64,000 nt of DNA, taken from the NCBI RefSeq assembly GCF_006345805.1, contig NC_042999.1:133796001-133860000 (forward strand), read 5' to 3'. Below, piece after piece: positions 1 to 12,800 of this stretch. The number at the start of each line of letters is the position of its first letter. The stretch's first letter is position 1. The notes under the pieces were generated by a model. The model made no database searches, was not told the origin of the DNA, and saw only the letters and a program-made list of their open reading frames with translations. The stretch comes from Octopus sinensis. Lineage: Eukaryota. The position numbers and the translations under genes were made by a program.

Positions 1-834
1 TATTGAAGGGAAGGTATGAGTAGAGGGGATGACGGTGGAGATGGTGATGGTGGGATGGTGCAATGTAGCAGCAATGACGTTGATTAACCAAGAATATATA
101 TTATAGAAATTTTTGAGCGATAATTAGGGCGATACATATCTTTTTATCTCTTCTGTTTTTACTTATCTCATTCATTGAACTGCAGTCATGTTGGAGCAAC
201 GCCTTGAGAAATTCTTGGTCTAACGGTTAAGTTACGAGAACATGAACACACCAACACCGGATGTCAAGAAGTGGTGGGGACAAATGCAGACACAGAGAAA
301 CTCACTCTCTCACACACACACGCACACAACTATATATTATATATATTATATATAATATATTATATATATATATATATAAACATAAGACGAGCTACCTTCA
401 GTTTCCTCCACGAAATCCACTAACAAGGCTTTGATCGGCCCGAGGCTATAGTAAAAGACACTTCCCCAAGGTGTCATGCATAACCACACCTCCACTTCTA
501 CTTGCTAAGAAGTTTGCTTCCCAACATGACAACCACATGACGGTTCACCCCCCACCAATACATGACACATTGGGCAAGTGTCTTCTACTATATATACATA
601 TATGTGTGTGTGTGTGTGTGTGTCTGTGTGTGTATACGTACGTATGTTTGTGTGTGTATATATATGTATATATATATGTATGTATATATATTAAAATGAT
701 AGTAAAACATAATATAACATATACATACATTATACAATATATTATTATATTATATTGCCTATAGGTATTTGAGTATCTATCATATGTGTGAATATAGGCA
801 CTTATTTTATGTACTTATTTTTTCACACCATTTC

Positions 835-841
835 ACATACA

Positions 842-875
<34 letters not shown>

Positions 876-1232
876 CATACATACAAACATACATACATAA
901 ATACATACATACATACATACATACATACATACATACATACATACATTTATTATGAATTAGTTAAAAGAGTAATCGGTGCACGTATACAACCACTTCCAAG
1001 CGCGACTGCTTGATGAATCCCCAAAGCGGGGAAACAGGTGTCTTTGTGCAGGGTTTAACATTTTAAGTAAATTATGTAATTCGTTCCGTTAGCAGTCTTT
1101 TTCATATTTTATGGCCTGTCTCGTCCATTAAGCAAGCTATATAAGTGAGCGTTGTGTTAGTATGTAAGTATGTATGTATGTATGTATGTATGTATGTATG
1201 TATGTATGTATGTATGTATGTATGTATGTATG
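835..1232. repeat. (ACAT)n and (ATGT)n tetranucleotide arrays bracketing a unique island
   Basis: Direct reading: ~835-945 and ~1160-1232. Confidence 0.95.
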
Positions 1233-1429
1233 TGTAAATGGTTATTGAAGTATGCATGAGAAAATTTCAGTTTGCCTTTATATCATACATAGATATTTGT
1301 CTCCATGAAGATTTATTTGCGTAAATTAGTGGCATTTATATATGTATATGTATATACTATTGATAATTGTATGTGTTTGCTCGAGCCTGTATGTGCATGC
1401 GAAGTCTAGTTCATATATGTATGTATCTA

Positions 1430-1523
1430 TATCTATCTACCTGTCTGTCTGTCTGTCGTCTGTCTGTCTGTCTGTCTATGTATCTATGTATCTATCTACT
1501 TACATACCTACCTACCTACCTGC

Positions 1524-1596
<73 letters not shown>

Positions 1597-1879
1597 ATTC
1601 TATCTAACTATCTATCATTCTAATCCTTTTATCTACGTCTCCCTCTCACGCACACACGCGCACACGCAAACACACACACACTCTCTCTCTCTCTCTCTCA
1701 CACACACATGTATAAATATATATACATATACATACAGATAGATATACGCACACATTCTTATACATAGATACATACATATATATAGAGAGAAAGATTGGTT
1801 AATAGAATTGATACGAATACACACACTAGTATATGTCTCTTTCTCTCTCCCCCCTGTCCCTTCCTCTCTGTTATACACA

Positions 1880-1924
<45 letters not shown>

Positions 1925-1974
1925 TATATGTGTGGGTGTGTGTGTGTATGTATGTATATATATATATATGTATA

Positions 1975-2023
<49 letters not shown>

Positions 2024-2061
2024 GAATAATTATATATAATACATACATTATATATATATAT

Positions 2062-2111
<50 letters not shown>

Positions 2112-2210
2112 AGTATATATAGATGTGTGTACGTGTGTGAGTGTGTGTTTGTGTGCGTGTGTGTGTGTGCGTGTGTAAATATAAATGTGTATATATATAT
2201 ATATGAACAT
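1430..2210. repeat. Compound microsatellite block (CTGT/CTAT/CA/CT/AT/GT)
   Basis: Direct reading. Confidence 0.95.
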
Positions 2211-2826
2211 GTTCGGAAATGTTTGTGTGGTTTCATGTTTATGTGTAAACCGCGTTTATGTATCAGTCTGTACTGAGGCTCAGTATGTGAAATATGTATG
2301 CAAATGACTTTCAGCCAGTCTTTATCTCACGTCTGCCAAGACCACTCTACATCACTACATCATCAAGATCATCTCCCAATATCACTACATTGGCCCAATG
2401 AACTACAATATTTTGCCTGCTTCCTATTAGTCTGACAGTTATAAACATTATATATTTCACTGTCAAATCTAGCCGGCCAATACCTAATACTATAGACTGT
2501 AGATTACTACCGATATACATTAACACTTGCTGCACCCGGGTATGTTACGCCATAAATTATCTGTGATATATTGCTCATATTTGTATGAAGTGTATATTGC
2601 TATAAGCTGTAGTAGGAATATAACGCATATACATACATGTGTACGTGTATGTACATATACATATATACACACACACACACATATATATATATATGTATGT
2701 ATGTATATAGATAGATGTGTGTGTATGCTCAAATCTGTATGAAGTGGTATAAGGTGTGGGGGAATATAGAGCATATGCCTATATGTATGTATATGTACAC
2801 ACACACGCTTATAGATATATATATAT

Positions 2827-2861
<35 letters not shown>

Positions 2862-2916
2862 GTATGTATATGTATATAGATAGATAGATGTGTGTGGCGT
2901 GTGCGTTTGTGAATGT

Positions 2917-2997
<81 letters not shown>

Positions 2998-5209
2998 AAG
3001 ATGTGTGTATGTGTGTGCGCACGCATATGCATATAAGCGCGGAGATGGCTGTTTGCTCAGAAGGTTGCTTTCCAACTACATGGTTTCAGGTTCAATCCCA
3101 CTGCTTAGGCACGCTTGGGCACGCTTAGGCAAGTCTCTTCTAATATATAGCCCCGTGTGGAGGGAAATGTCGTATACATATATATATATTTATATATATA
3201 TACATACATATTCATACGCACATACATACATATATATATATATACACATATATCTGTGTGTGTGTGTATATATGCATGCATATATAAGACAAAGTATAAA
3301 TAATGGTTATTATATATTTTTCTTTTATTGGTGCAAATTTGGCTTACAACTGTTTCAAGTAGTGATTTTAGGTACGTTACACACACACACACACACACGC
3401 GTACATGTCTAATTGAGATTACCGGAAAATTTGTTAAAAGCCCGGTACTTATACTGGCGGAGCCTTTTGCCGGACCGCCAGGTTATGAGGAACTTAACAC
3501 ACCCTCACCGGCTGTCAGGTGGTGGTGATGGTGGTGATGGGGATAAACACGGACAAAAAGACATATGCACGACAGGATTCTTTTAATTTCCGTCCATTCA
3601 CGAGGGCTGAGTCCACTGGCCTGAGTCCATCGTAGAAAACATTTGCCCAAGGTGCCGCATAGTGGGACTGAACCCGAAACCATATGGCTGGAAAGCAAAC
3701 TTCTTACCACACAGCGACATCTGAGCCTATAGAAAACTTTGCGATAGTAGCGGTAGGATGTATATTAATTTTAATGCATGTATTCTCTTGTACTCATTTA
3801 CTTGTCTCAGTTATTGGAGAGCGGTCAAGCTGGGATACTGCTTGTATAAGTTTAATCGAACAAACAGATCCCAGTTTCTCTTTTTATATCTGTTACTCTT
3901 TCTATCCGTTTTGCCGAATTGCTAATTCAGGCAATCTGGAAGTGATTGTATGTTTTGAACACTTTATTATGGAATTGAAATCCGGAAAATCTGAACAATG
4001 TAATAAGCAAAATTAAGTAGTGAACTGGCAGAATCGTTAGCACGCCAGGCAAAATGTTTAGCGGCATTTCATCCGTCTTTATGTTCTGAGTTCAAATTCA
4101 GGCGCAGTCGAATTTACCTTTCATCCTTTCGTGGTCAATAAAATAAGTACCAGTACAGCACCGAAGTCGGAGTAATCAACTTACTCACCCCCGGAAATTG
4201 CTGGCCTTGTGCCAAAATTTGAAACCAATATATTAAACAACATTCAATACAAGCGAAATGAGAAAATTTCATTGGTCAACTGGTACTGAAATTTAAACTA
4301 AATAAAAACATTTTTATGAACTTTGCATCAATTTAATCTTTATTTATTGCAGTAGTTTGAACTTTAATGACATTTTAAACTGCACAGTATATTTTTATTA
4401 ACGCGAAAACATTTCTCAGTTTGACACTTTTGTCTTATACATGCACTTAACAAATCCTTGCCTTGTTTCCGCAGTTTGTCGTGTTGAAGCTAACCTGAAT
4501 GAGATTTGTTTATGCACCAAGATGTCAATAAAAGTTTTCTTGCTCACAGAAAAATGTGATTTGCTACATATAATAAAACCGTTTCAAAATACCACTTACG
4601 TCATGCCCAACGCACAGAAACCACCATGATGGGCCAAAGTATAGTGATCTCTTCAACATGTTACTCAAAACAACGCGCTGTACGATACAAAGTAGAATAT
4701 AAATTATAAGGAAAATATATTAGACTAACTATTGACACGCAATGCCTAGGATCAAACACTTACCAAACAAAATGCAAGGGAAAAACAATAATAACATGAA
4801 GTAAAACTTTTATGCAATTTTCGTTTCTGGTGTCTCTCATGCAATATGTCGGCCGAACGATCTAGAATAAAGCATGTCCAAATTACGATTTGGACATGCT
4901 TTATTCTGTCCACATTTGAGTCTACTTCTGTATACCTGCTAGTCTTGTTTAGCCCCAAAGGCCGATAAACAAGCTAACAATCTAGTACTATACCTCTCAT
5001 TTTCTATATTTCGCTTTCGCTCTGGTAGAAATTGTCAATGCACAGGCATGCAAAGGAATGGAATTCACCAAATAAAAATGTTCAGGACACGTTGTGTATT
5101 ATAACAGTGTCTAGAAAACTCCAGTAATAGTAGAGGGCATATAATATATATATGTGTGTGTGTACGTGTGTGTGTGTCTATGTGTGTATGTTTCTGTATA
5201 TATGTATAT

Positions 5210-5282
<73 letters not shown>

Positions 5283-6264
5283 ACAATATAAATAATATAT
5301 ATGTATATATACATACGTATACGTATATACATATGCATATGTGGGCACAAGACGTCACACAACGTAAACAACAAAAAATACGAAGTACGAGGACATGAAA
5401 TATGAACTTTTTGCGAGCAACGAAAGAAACAAACGGAAAACAAGACAAACACAAAGAACGACCCTTCATCAGTTGTCGGTTGTTTTTCTAATCCGTATTT
5501 CGAGCATTTCACGACAAGATACGCCTTCGATCCGCTACCCGAAAGCAAATTAAATAAAATTTGGGATTTTGCTAAGCAGTGTTTATGAATGAGCAGAATA
5601 AGGTAAGTTGAAATATGTTTGTCACATATTTCGACTGCTAAAGGACAAATACATTGCAGTTACCGTGGAGAAAAATCTCTCTTATGGCAAAAGTGTGTAA
5701 AAACGCCCGGTCCGTTCAGTGTTGCCATCTGTTAGAAAACTCAGACATCGATGTTTCAAATTTCTTGGCTATTTTCGCTGAGATGTACGTAAGAGAGGCA
5801 GCTCCAAACGGACTTATAAAGCTATAGCTTTATGTATAATTCAGACGGTACGTTGACTGATTTGCCCTAGTAGATCGCCTGATCGAAAGAAAATAATTTG
5901 CCTAATTCTCCTCATACATAGACACTGCTTAGCGCTAATAATTCGTTATATTTATTTAACCCCGTGTCCACCTTTTCCACGCTTGTCATTGGAATCTTAT
6001 GCAGCGTCAATAACCATGTGCGTCTGGTAGAGCATGCCCTGAATTTTCCTGGAAGCTCTGATCTTTGAATCCTCCTCAAACACTTATCTGCTTGTTTGTC
6101 AGTAGTAGAGGTAACATTGCTTCTGTCCTGGAGCGAATTATCAAACCTGTATCCAAGGCATGTGATCGGATTTACGTCTAATGCTGGATAACGTGAGATA
6201 TATATATATATATATGCCCCAGCATGGCGGCGGCCTTCAGGCTAAAACATTTTTAAGGATTTAA

Positions 6265-6303
<39 letters not shown>

Positions 6304-6495
6304 TATAAAGGCAGAAACAAGGAAAATGCCACTTATATTTGAACACTACACAAATATTCTTTTAAAAAAACTTTTCTTTTAATTTTTCTAAATTTAATTC
6401 ATTGTTACAGTTGAAAAGGTCTCAATGACTGAAACCGGTACTGAAATGTTCTTTATAAAATTATTTTAGCATTTTCTATCCTGACTTGTTTTTTC

Positions 6496-6540
<45 letters not shown>

Positions 6541-7859
6541 AAGGCAAGATCGAAGGATCAAGCTGTAGGAAGATAGTAAGCTTCAAGTAGTCCGTATAAG
6601 GTATAAAAAACAACTTTTAGGAAGAATAGTAGTTTATATGCATTTTCAATCGAATATCCTGTGAGTCAGCATATTAACTTGACGACAATGCGAACTTCTT
6701 TTGATTAAGGCATAATTGGCCCGATGAGTAGCTAGCAGGTTAATTCTCATTGGGATAATTACTACTTCCGAGAGGTTTTGCTAGCCTTGAAACATATGTA
6801 GCCTGGATTTTATCAACTCCTTTCCCTAATTTTGGTTATATATATATCACGATATCGACCATGCTACCGGATGTAATTGCATATCGCTGGTCACAATGCA
6901 TCATTTTAACTTTAGACTGATACTTCCCCGTTGGTTAGACGAACAGGCCAATATACTCCCTGATCGGAACGCTTGTCCCTCTAAGTGTTAACCATTTACA
7001 GCTGAGTGGACTGGAGCAATGTGAAATGAAGTATTTTTGCTCAGGAACACAGCGCGCAGCCAGTATACCGGACAGAACATCATAAAGTCAGAAATATGGT
7101 TTAAGTTCACTCGGATGTGGGCTGCAATAGGTTTAAACATTCCAATTTCTATTTTGAGATAGAACCACTCAGAAATTGAGAAGCCAGTTCTCAATTTCTC
7201 GATCTGCTAGAAATAGTAGCCAAGTAATCTTTGGAGCACACCAGCAAATCTACTATTTAAAAGTAAAACAAAATGTCTAGATCTACCCCTTTAGGTCAGG
7301 AACTGATTTTGTGATTGATCTTGAGCAAAACAATAGAGCCATTGAGAGGTTTTTGGTAGTAGTAGTAGTAGTAGTAGTTGTTGTTGTAACAGCAGCAGCA
7401 GCAGCAGATACGGCGTTGTTAGTCATGTTAGTAGTCGTGGTATTATTACTCTGACATTAGGAATAGTGGAGGTGACGCAAACTTATGAAGACATTACTAT
7501 TCCATCAGAGTATCGGGGAGTTGTTACGTCGCGTGGCAGAATCACAATTAAACTAAGATAAACGGAGGTGGGAGGCAGCGTTGCAGCCTGTTGACTTTGT
7601 TGTTGTTGTTTTTTATATCATATTAGAGAGTAGTTTATTTTTTATACACACCTTTTGACTTTTTTCAGTCAATCTCTTTTTCTTTCACCTTCTCTCTCTC
7701 TCTCTCTCTCTCTGTATTTATCTGCCTATCTGCCTGACTGTCTGTCTGTTTATCTCTCTCTCTCTCTCTCTCTGGGCCTGTCTTTGTGTCGTGTTCTTTC
7801 TCTACTTTCTGCCATATGGTTAAAATTTTTTTTTGCTGTGTACTTACATCTTGTAACTT

Positions 7860-7884
7860 AAGTGTACACGAAATATATACATAC

Positions 7885-7915
<31 letters not shown>

Positions 7916-8054
7916 GTGTGTGTGTGTGTGCGTATACATATATACATATATATATATATACATATATGCATACATACATGTACATGTATATACATATGTA
8001 TACATTCACACACACATACACACACATATATTCACACAGAAATTCACTTCCACT

Positions 8055-8113
<59 letters not shown>

Positions 8114-8767
8114 GGGCGCATACATGTACATGTAGAAATATATAATTGCTTATGTACAAAAAATACGGAGATATATACATCCATACATAATATATATATA
8201 TATATACGTTTATGTATATTGTGTGTGTGTGTGTGTATGTGTCTGTGTGTGAGTGTGTGTGTGAGAGAGAGAGAGTGTGTGTGTGATGTGCTATACGCAA
8301 TCAATTTGCCTACGAAAAGATCCCACATTCAATTGCTGACTACATTTCACTTAGTAATTTTAGCTAAGCTCCATTTTGTTTTTGTGCGAAAAATGTCCTG
8401 AAGAATCAGTGTCCAATATTTTTAGCACCAGGGGCAAATATGGCAGTGATAAGTCTTAAGTAATAGCTGGCATTTTCGCCGATCGATGCAAGATTAATGC
8501 TATAATTCAGCCTAGCAATAAAGGCTACATTTTACACCTGTCATCTCTCTTTTCTATCAAATATTATCAAACGTCAAGTGCTTTTGTATTACTGTGTCTC
8601 TTCCACACTTTCTCTCTTTGTATGTATACGTGGGCGTGTACGTGTATGTTCATACATACATACATACATACATACATACATACATACATACATACATACA
8701 TACATACAAACATATATATACATATATACATACATACATACGTACATGTATGTATGCTTTTATTCAT

Positions 8768-8810
<43 letters not shown>

Positions 8811-8999
8811 TATATATTTGTATTTATATATATGTATATATATATGTGTGTGTATATACGTATACATGTATATTTATATATGTATTTATATTGATATATG
8901 TGTTTGCGTTTAAATGTATGTACGTATTATATCACATATAAATATATGTATATATATATTATATATATGTATATATATATTATATATATATATGTATAT

Positions 9000-9060
<61 letters not shown>

Positions 9061-9130
9061 CACATACATACACACATACATACATACACATGCATACATA
9101 CATACACACACTCACATACATACATCTCAC
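7860..9130. repeat. Compound microsatellite blocks ((AT)n, (GT)n, (ACAT)n) around a unique island at ~8300-8610
   Basis: Direct reading. Confidence 0.95.
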
Positions 9131-10269
9131 TCTCTCAGTCTTTCAGGCTTTTCGCTCTATATTTTTTATTATTTTGTTTATTATTATTGGTAGATTTCTC
9201 GGTATAGCATTTGATTTCTATTATTCTTTAATCCTTTCCTATTTTTTCTTTCTGTTTGCTTTCTCTCCTTTCATTCTCCCTTTCTGTTATTCTTTTCTGC
9301 TTATTTCTTATCTCTCTTCAGCGCGTTCTGAGACTCATTCGCTTAATTCCACAAGTCTCTATTCTAAATTCTTTCTCGTTCTCTTATTTCTTCCCAAGTT
9401 TCGTTCCCTTAATTCTTTCATGGTAACGTGTCTGTCTCTCTGCCTGTCTTACTCTGTCTCTTTCTCTCTCTCTCTTTCTCCCCCGCCTCCCAATTTTATT
9501 CCATTACTTGTCTTTCATTTTTCTGTCATCCCTTTTCTGTCTCTCCTTTTCTTTCTTCTTATTCCTTCACTCATTTTCTTTGAAAAAGCTTTTCTCATTT
9601 TCCATGTCTCTACCTAATCCTAAGTTTATCTGTTTATCACTTGTGTATTTCGCCTTCCGTTCTGTATTCCCGACTCTCATTCGCTATGTTCGTCCCTCAT
9701 AGAGAGTTGTTTTTTTTCACTTTGCTTCATTTCTCTGTTACATTGAATAGGAAACCACAATTGTTAACGCTAATATTTCACGGAAGTGGGGGTTTGCCTA
9801 GTTTAATTATGCTTTCTATTGAATAACAACTCGCGGTTTTTCTTAGGTGAGAAGCGTTTTATGCATTTTGTAGAAAAGTTTCTTTTCTGCTCTTCATATG
9901 TTTTCACATTGTACTAAGGGCTTCTCAATAATTCTTGAGGAACCTGATATGTATTTTCTCTAAACTGCATCTCTTCGCGTGTTAAGGTCAAATATTTTAA
10001 ATATTTGTTTTCAGATTTTTATCACAGTTCGTAAGTTTTGGATACTAATCAACGATATTATGTTTTTGTTCGCTTCTTTATTCTAGTACTTGAGTATTTC
10101 ATATTTCAAGTTGGTATGATGAGCTAGTATTTTTCCCATTTTCTTTATTTCCTGGTGGCAGTTTGGTATTCCACGTCGATTACAATGCCTAACGTTCTTC
10201 TTCGTATTGAAAATTCTTGCTCTTGTTGCACCTTAGAGCGTTTTTCCCACACAGCGAAAACAGAAAAGA

Positions 10270-12800
10270 CGAATTGAATATTCTATTGCTACTGACACCA
10301 TCGCTGTATCAACAACTGCAATGTGCAGCAACAGGAGCAGTGTACAACAGTAGCACTAGGAAGAAATGGGGACTGCAATAGCAGCATCTCGAACAACATC
10401 ATCAATAGCAAGGATAACGAGAACAATGACAACGCATGCAACAAACAACCTCAGCAGAAACCCTGAGAACAGTAACAGCAGTGGCACCAACAACATCAGT
10501 ATCAAATTCGCCAGCAGTAGCAAATCAGGTAGTGACAACTACTGAACTGTTTGTGAACACATTGTTCCCCCGCCTATTGCTCAAAAGCAAATATGCACGC
10601 AGAAGGAAGCATACATCTGACCTGTGTCGGAGTTTTCCAGCGAATAATGAAGAGAGGTTATGGAAGATGGAGGCAAGAAAAGCAGAAAACAAAAAAAACA
10701 CTGAAAAATCGGAAAGGAAAGAAACAAAATATAAAAAAGTACTATCTCACACATCAACCCCAAACAACGCTAGATCTACAGAAACACTCACGCCACCACT
10801 ACCACCACCTTCATTAAAAGCAGTTAAGTGGAAACAGACAAAGAACATAACAACAAACATACGACAGGAATCCAGCGGTGAAACATACAAATCCAAGAAC
10901 AATCAGAACAAAAACGATACCAATTAAATACACAACAACAAAGTGCACCCGCACCCAACTTTGTGCTAGACAAAATAAAGACCTGCTATTTTGCACAGCG
11001 ACGCGGAGATATAGACTGAGAGGGAGGCTTTCAACACAAGCAAAGTGAAAGTCCTGGAGAATCTGAATTTGTTTAGGCTACTAAAATATATAGATATAGG
11101 GAAATGAGAGTGTCTCCCATATGACTCTGAGAACAACAGTGACAATGACACGAACAGACAACTTCAGAGTTTCCGAAAGGAACACCATTTTGAAAGGTCT
11201 GAGTCTCGAGATACCGTTGATCTTGTTGCACCCAGATGGTAACTTGGTGGTCATGGACACGAACGGTAGCGAAGGGGATGCCGTCAAACTAGAAGCCGTG
11301 TACGTCCTGACTGGGGCTTGGCAACCAAATTTCTTCAGGTTTGTGAAGGTTTTCTCGGAACATCAACGCTCTTTAGAATCAGTAGGCGATTGAAACGCCA
11401 TCTTGGATGCAAGTCTGAATTGTGTGAGGCAAGCTGTTAGGAGGGTGCTGCAAAAGCCTCGCAAACTTACTTAGATGTTTCCAACTGTCTGACAGATACC
11501 GATTAGATTTCCTGAATGCGCCAATATGGATATATGGAAATAGCATTGGGTCATCCAGATCGTATCTAGACAGATAATTTTGTTGATAGTATATCATATG
11601 GTGTCCACAATTCAAATTTCTCGGCTAAATACACCACAAACTTATGATTTTTACGGTTGATCTAGATAAGCTGCATAGATGGGATGATGGCAGCTGATGA
11701 AATACGGCAGCTATAGCTGGCTGCACAAGAGAAAGGTCGCTGGGGTTCCCGTACGAAATTGACCGTTATATGCAAGACATGTTTAGTGGCCTCTGACAGC
11801 AGAACGGAAGGATTCCCAGTTCTGCGAAGCTAGTTGTAATGGTACTGCTGAAAAATGACCCGAACAAGGGGGTATGATATAGACTTTCAGAACTGTAAGT
11901 CTGCTAAATACAATGATGAAGATTTTGGTCAGTCTGTTAGTTGAGAGGAAGTTGGTTTTTATCGTTTATACTCTCATAGGTTAGGCACGTCATCCAAGAC
12001 AGATCTTTCCACAACAACCTTTGTCTCATGGTATACATCATAGAAAGTGATGGGGAGAGTAAGGAACCTGGCATGGGTTCTTTATTCCTTCTTACTCTTC
12101 ACTATAGATGGGTTAAAGGCTTTCGACAGAGTTGACCATCAATACTTGATATCAGTTCCCATGGTGATTGCTTTCATTCCAGTCTTTAGAGTTTGATTGC
12201 AGAAGCATACAGCAACATCTGCTTGATGGTCAGTTCAAATGTCCATATATTGGAACAGTTTAGAACTTGTCAGACCGAACGCGTTCGGTCTGACAAGTTT
12301 ACCCCCTCTCGCTCCTTCTGCACGTGCTGGCTGTCGAATAACTACTGCAAAAGTTAGAAGTTTCGTGCAAAAGTTAGAAGTAAACTAGGATGTGAGAGAG
12401 CTGTGTCAGCGTAGGTGGACGACATCATCGTAAAACTGTTGGATGCCAAACACATCGAGATAATTGTCACTACTCTGAGGAAATATGAACCGGTGACAGG
12501 AGCTAAAATTAACCAGAAACTGTCTGTACCCTGCAAACTGGAACCTGGAGAGGTAGGACTATGCCACCGAGGAGCGTTGTAGGGGGTTAGAAACCGTTCT
12601 ATATGTGCTCGAGTATTGCTCTCTTTGGGAGAACTATCGAAAAGGTGTTATTCCGTGTGGGTGGGATTGGGTTAACGGGCGAATCTTTTGTGAAAATCAC
12701 GCCACCTCTTTCTTTTAGTCTGAAAGTTTGAGCAGTTTGTTTCGGATTGGGGGCTATGGCAAAAGAGAATGTGTGGTAGACTATACGATAACTGATTGAA
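10270..12800 (+). mobile_element. Decayed L1-Tx1 clade LINE: ORF1 3' part, APE endonuclease and reverse transcriptase, with internal deletions, stops and frameshifts
   Basis: Manual translation gives APE motifs PDGNLVVMD..EAVYVLTG, GD*NAILD (11385-11408) and SRSYLDR (11554-11574). RT motifs are GFPYE, FRTVSLLNTMMKIL (~11886-11927), KAFDRVDH (~12116-12139), RSV*Q/PLSLLL, VSA*VDD (12403-12423, decayed YADD) and YEPVTGAKINQ. The upstream Thr/Ala/Lys-rich ORF 10436-10927 fits an ORF1 tail. Boundaries approximate. Confidence 0.9.

Noticed and set aside
2347-2535. Minus-strand ORF with VRLIG / VVILGD, faintly APE-endonuclease-like
   Set aside because: The motifs are too short, spacing is unconvincing and there are no flanking LINE motifs.
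471-3412. Many Y/I/C/V/H/T-rich ORFs here and throughout the window
   Set aside because: They are translations of (AT)n, (GT)n, (ACAT)n and (ATAG)n microsatellites, with no domain content.
5816-5833. 18-bp palindrome ATAAAGCTATAGCTTTAT, and a 12-bp stem hairpin at 7171-7199
   Set aside because: The palindrome length is within chance expectation for an AT-rich 64-kb window. The 7.17-kb hairpin is real but lies in a decayed repeat with no other support.
8898-9617. 239-aa hydrophobic ORF resembling a membrane protein
   Set aside because: It starts in a microsatellite and continues through a pyrimidine-rich low-complexity tract, so the hydrophobicity is a T-rich codon artefact.
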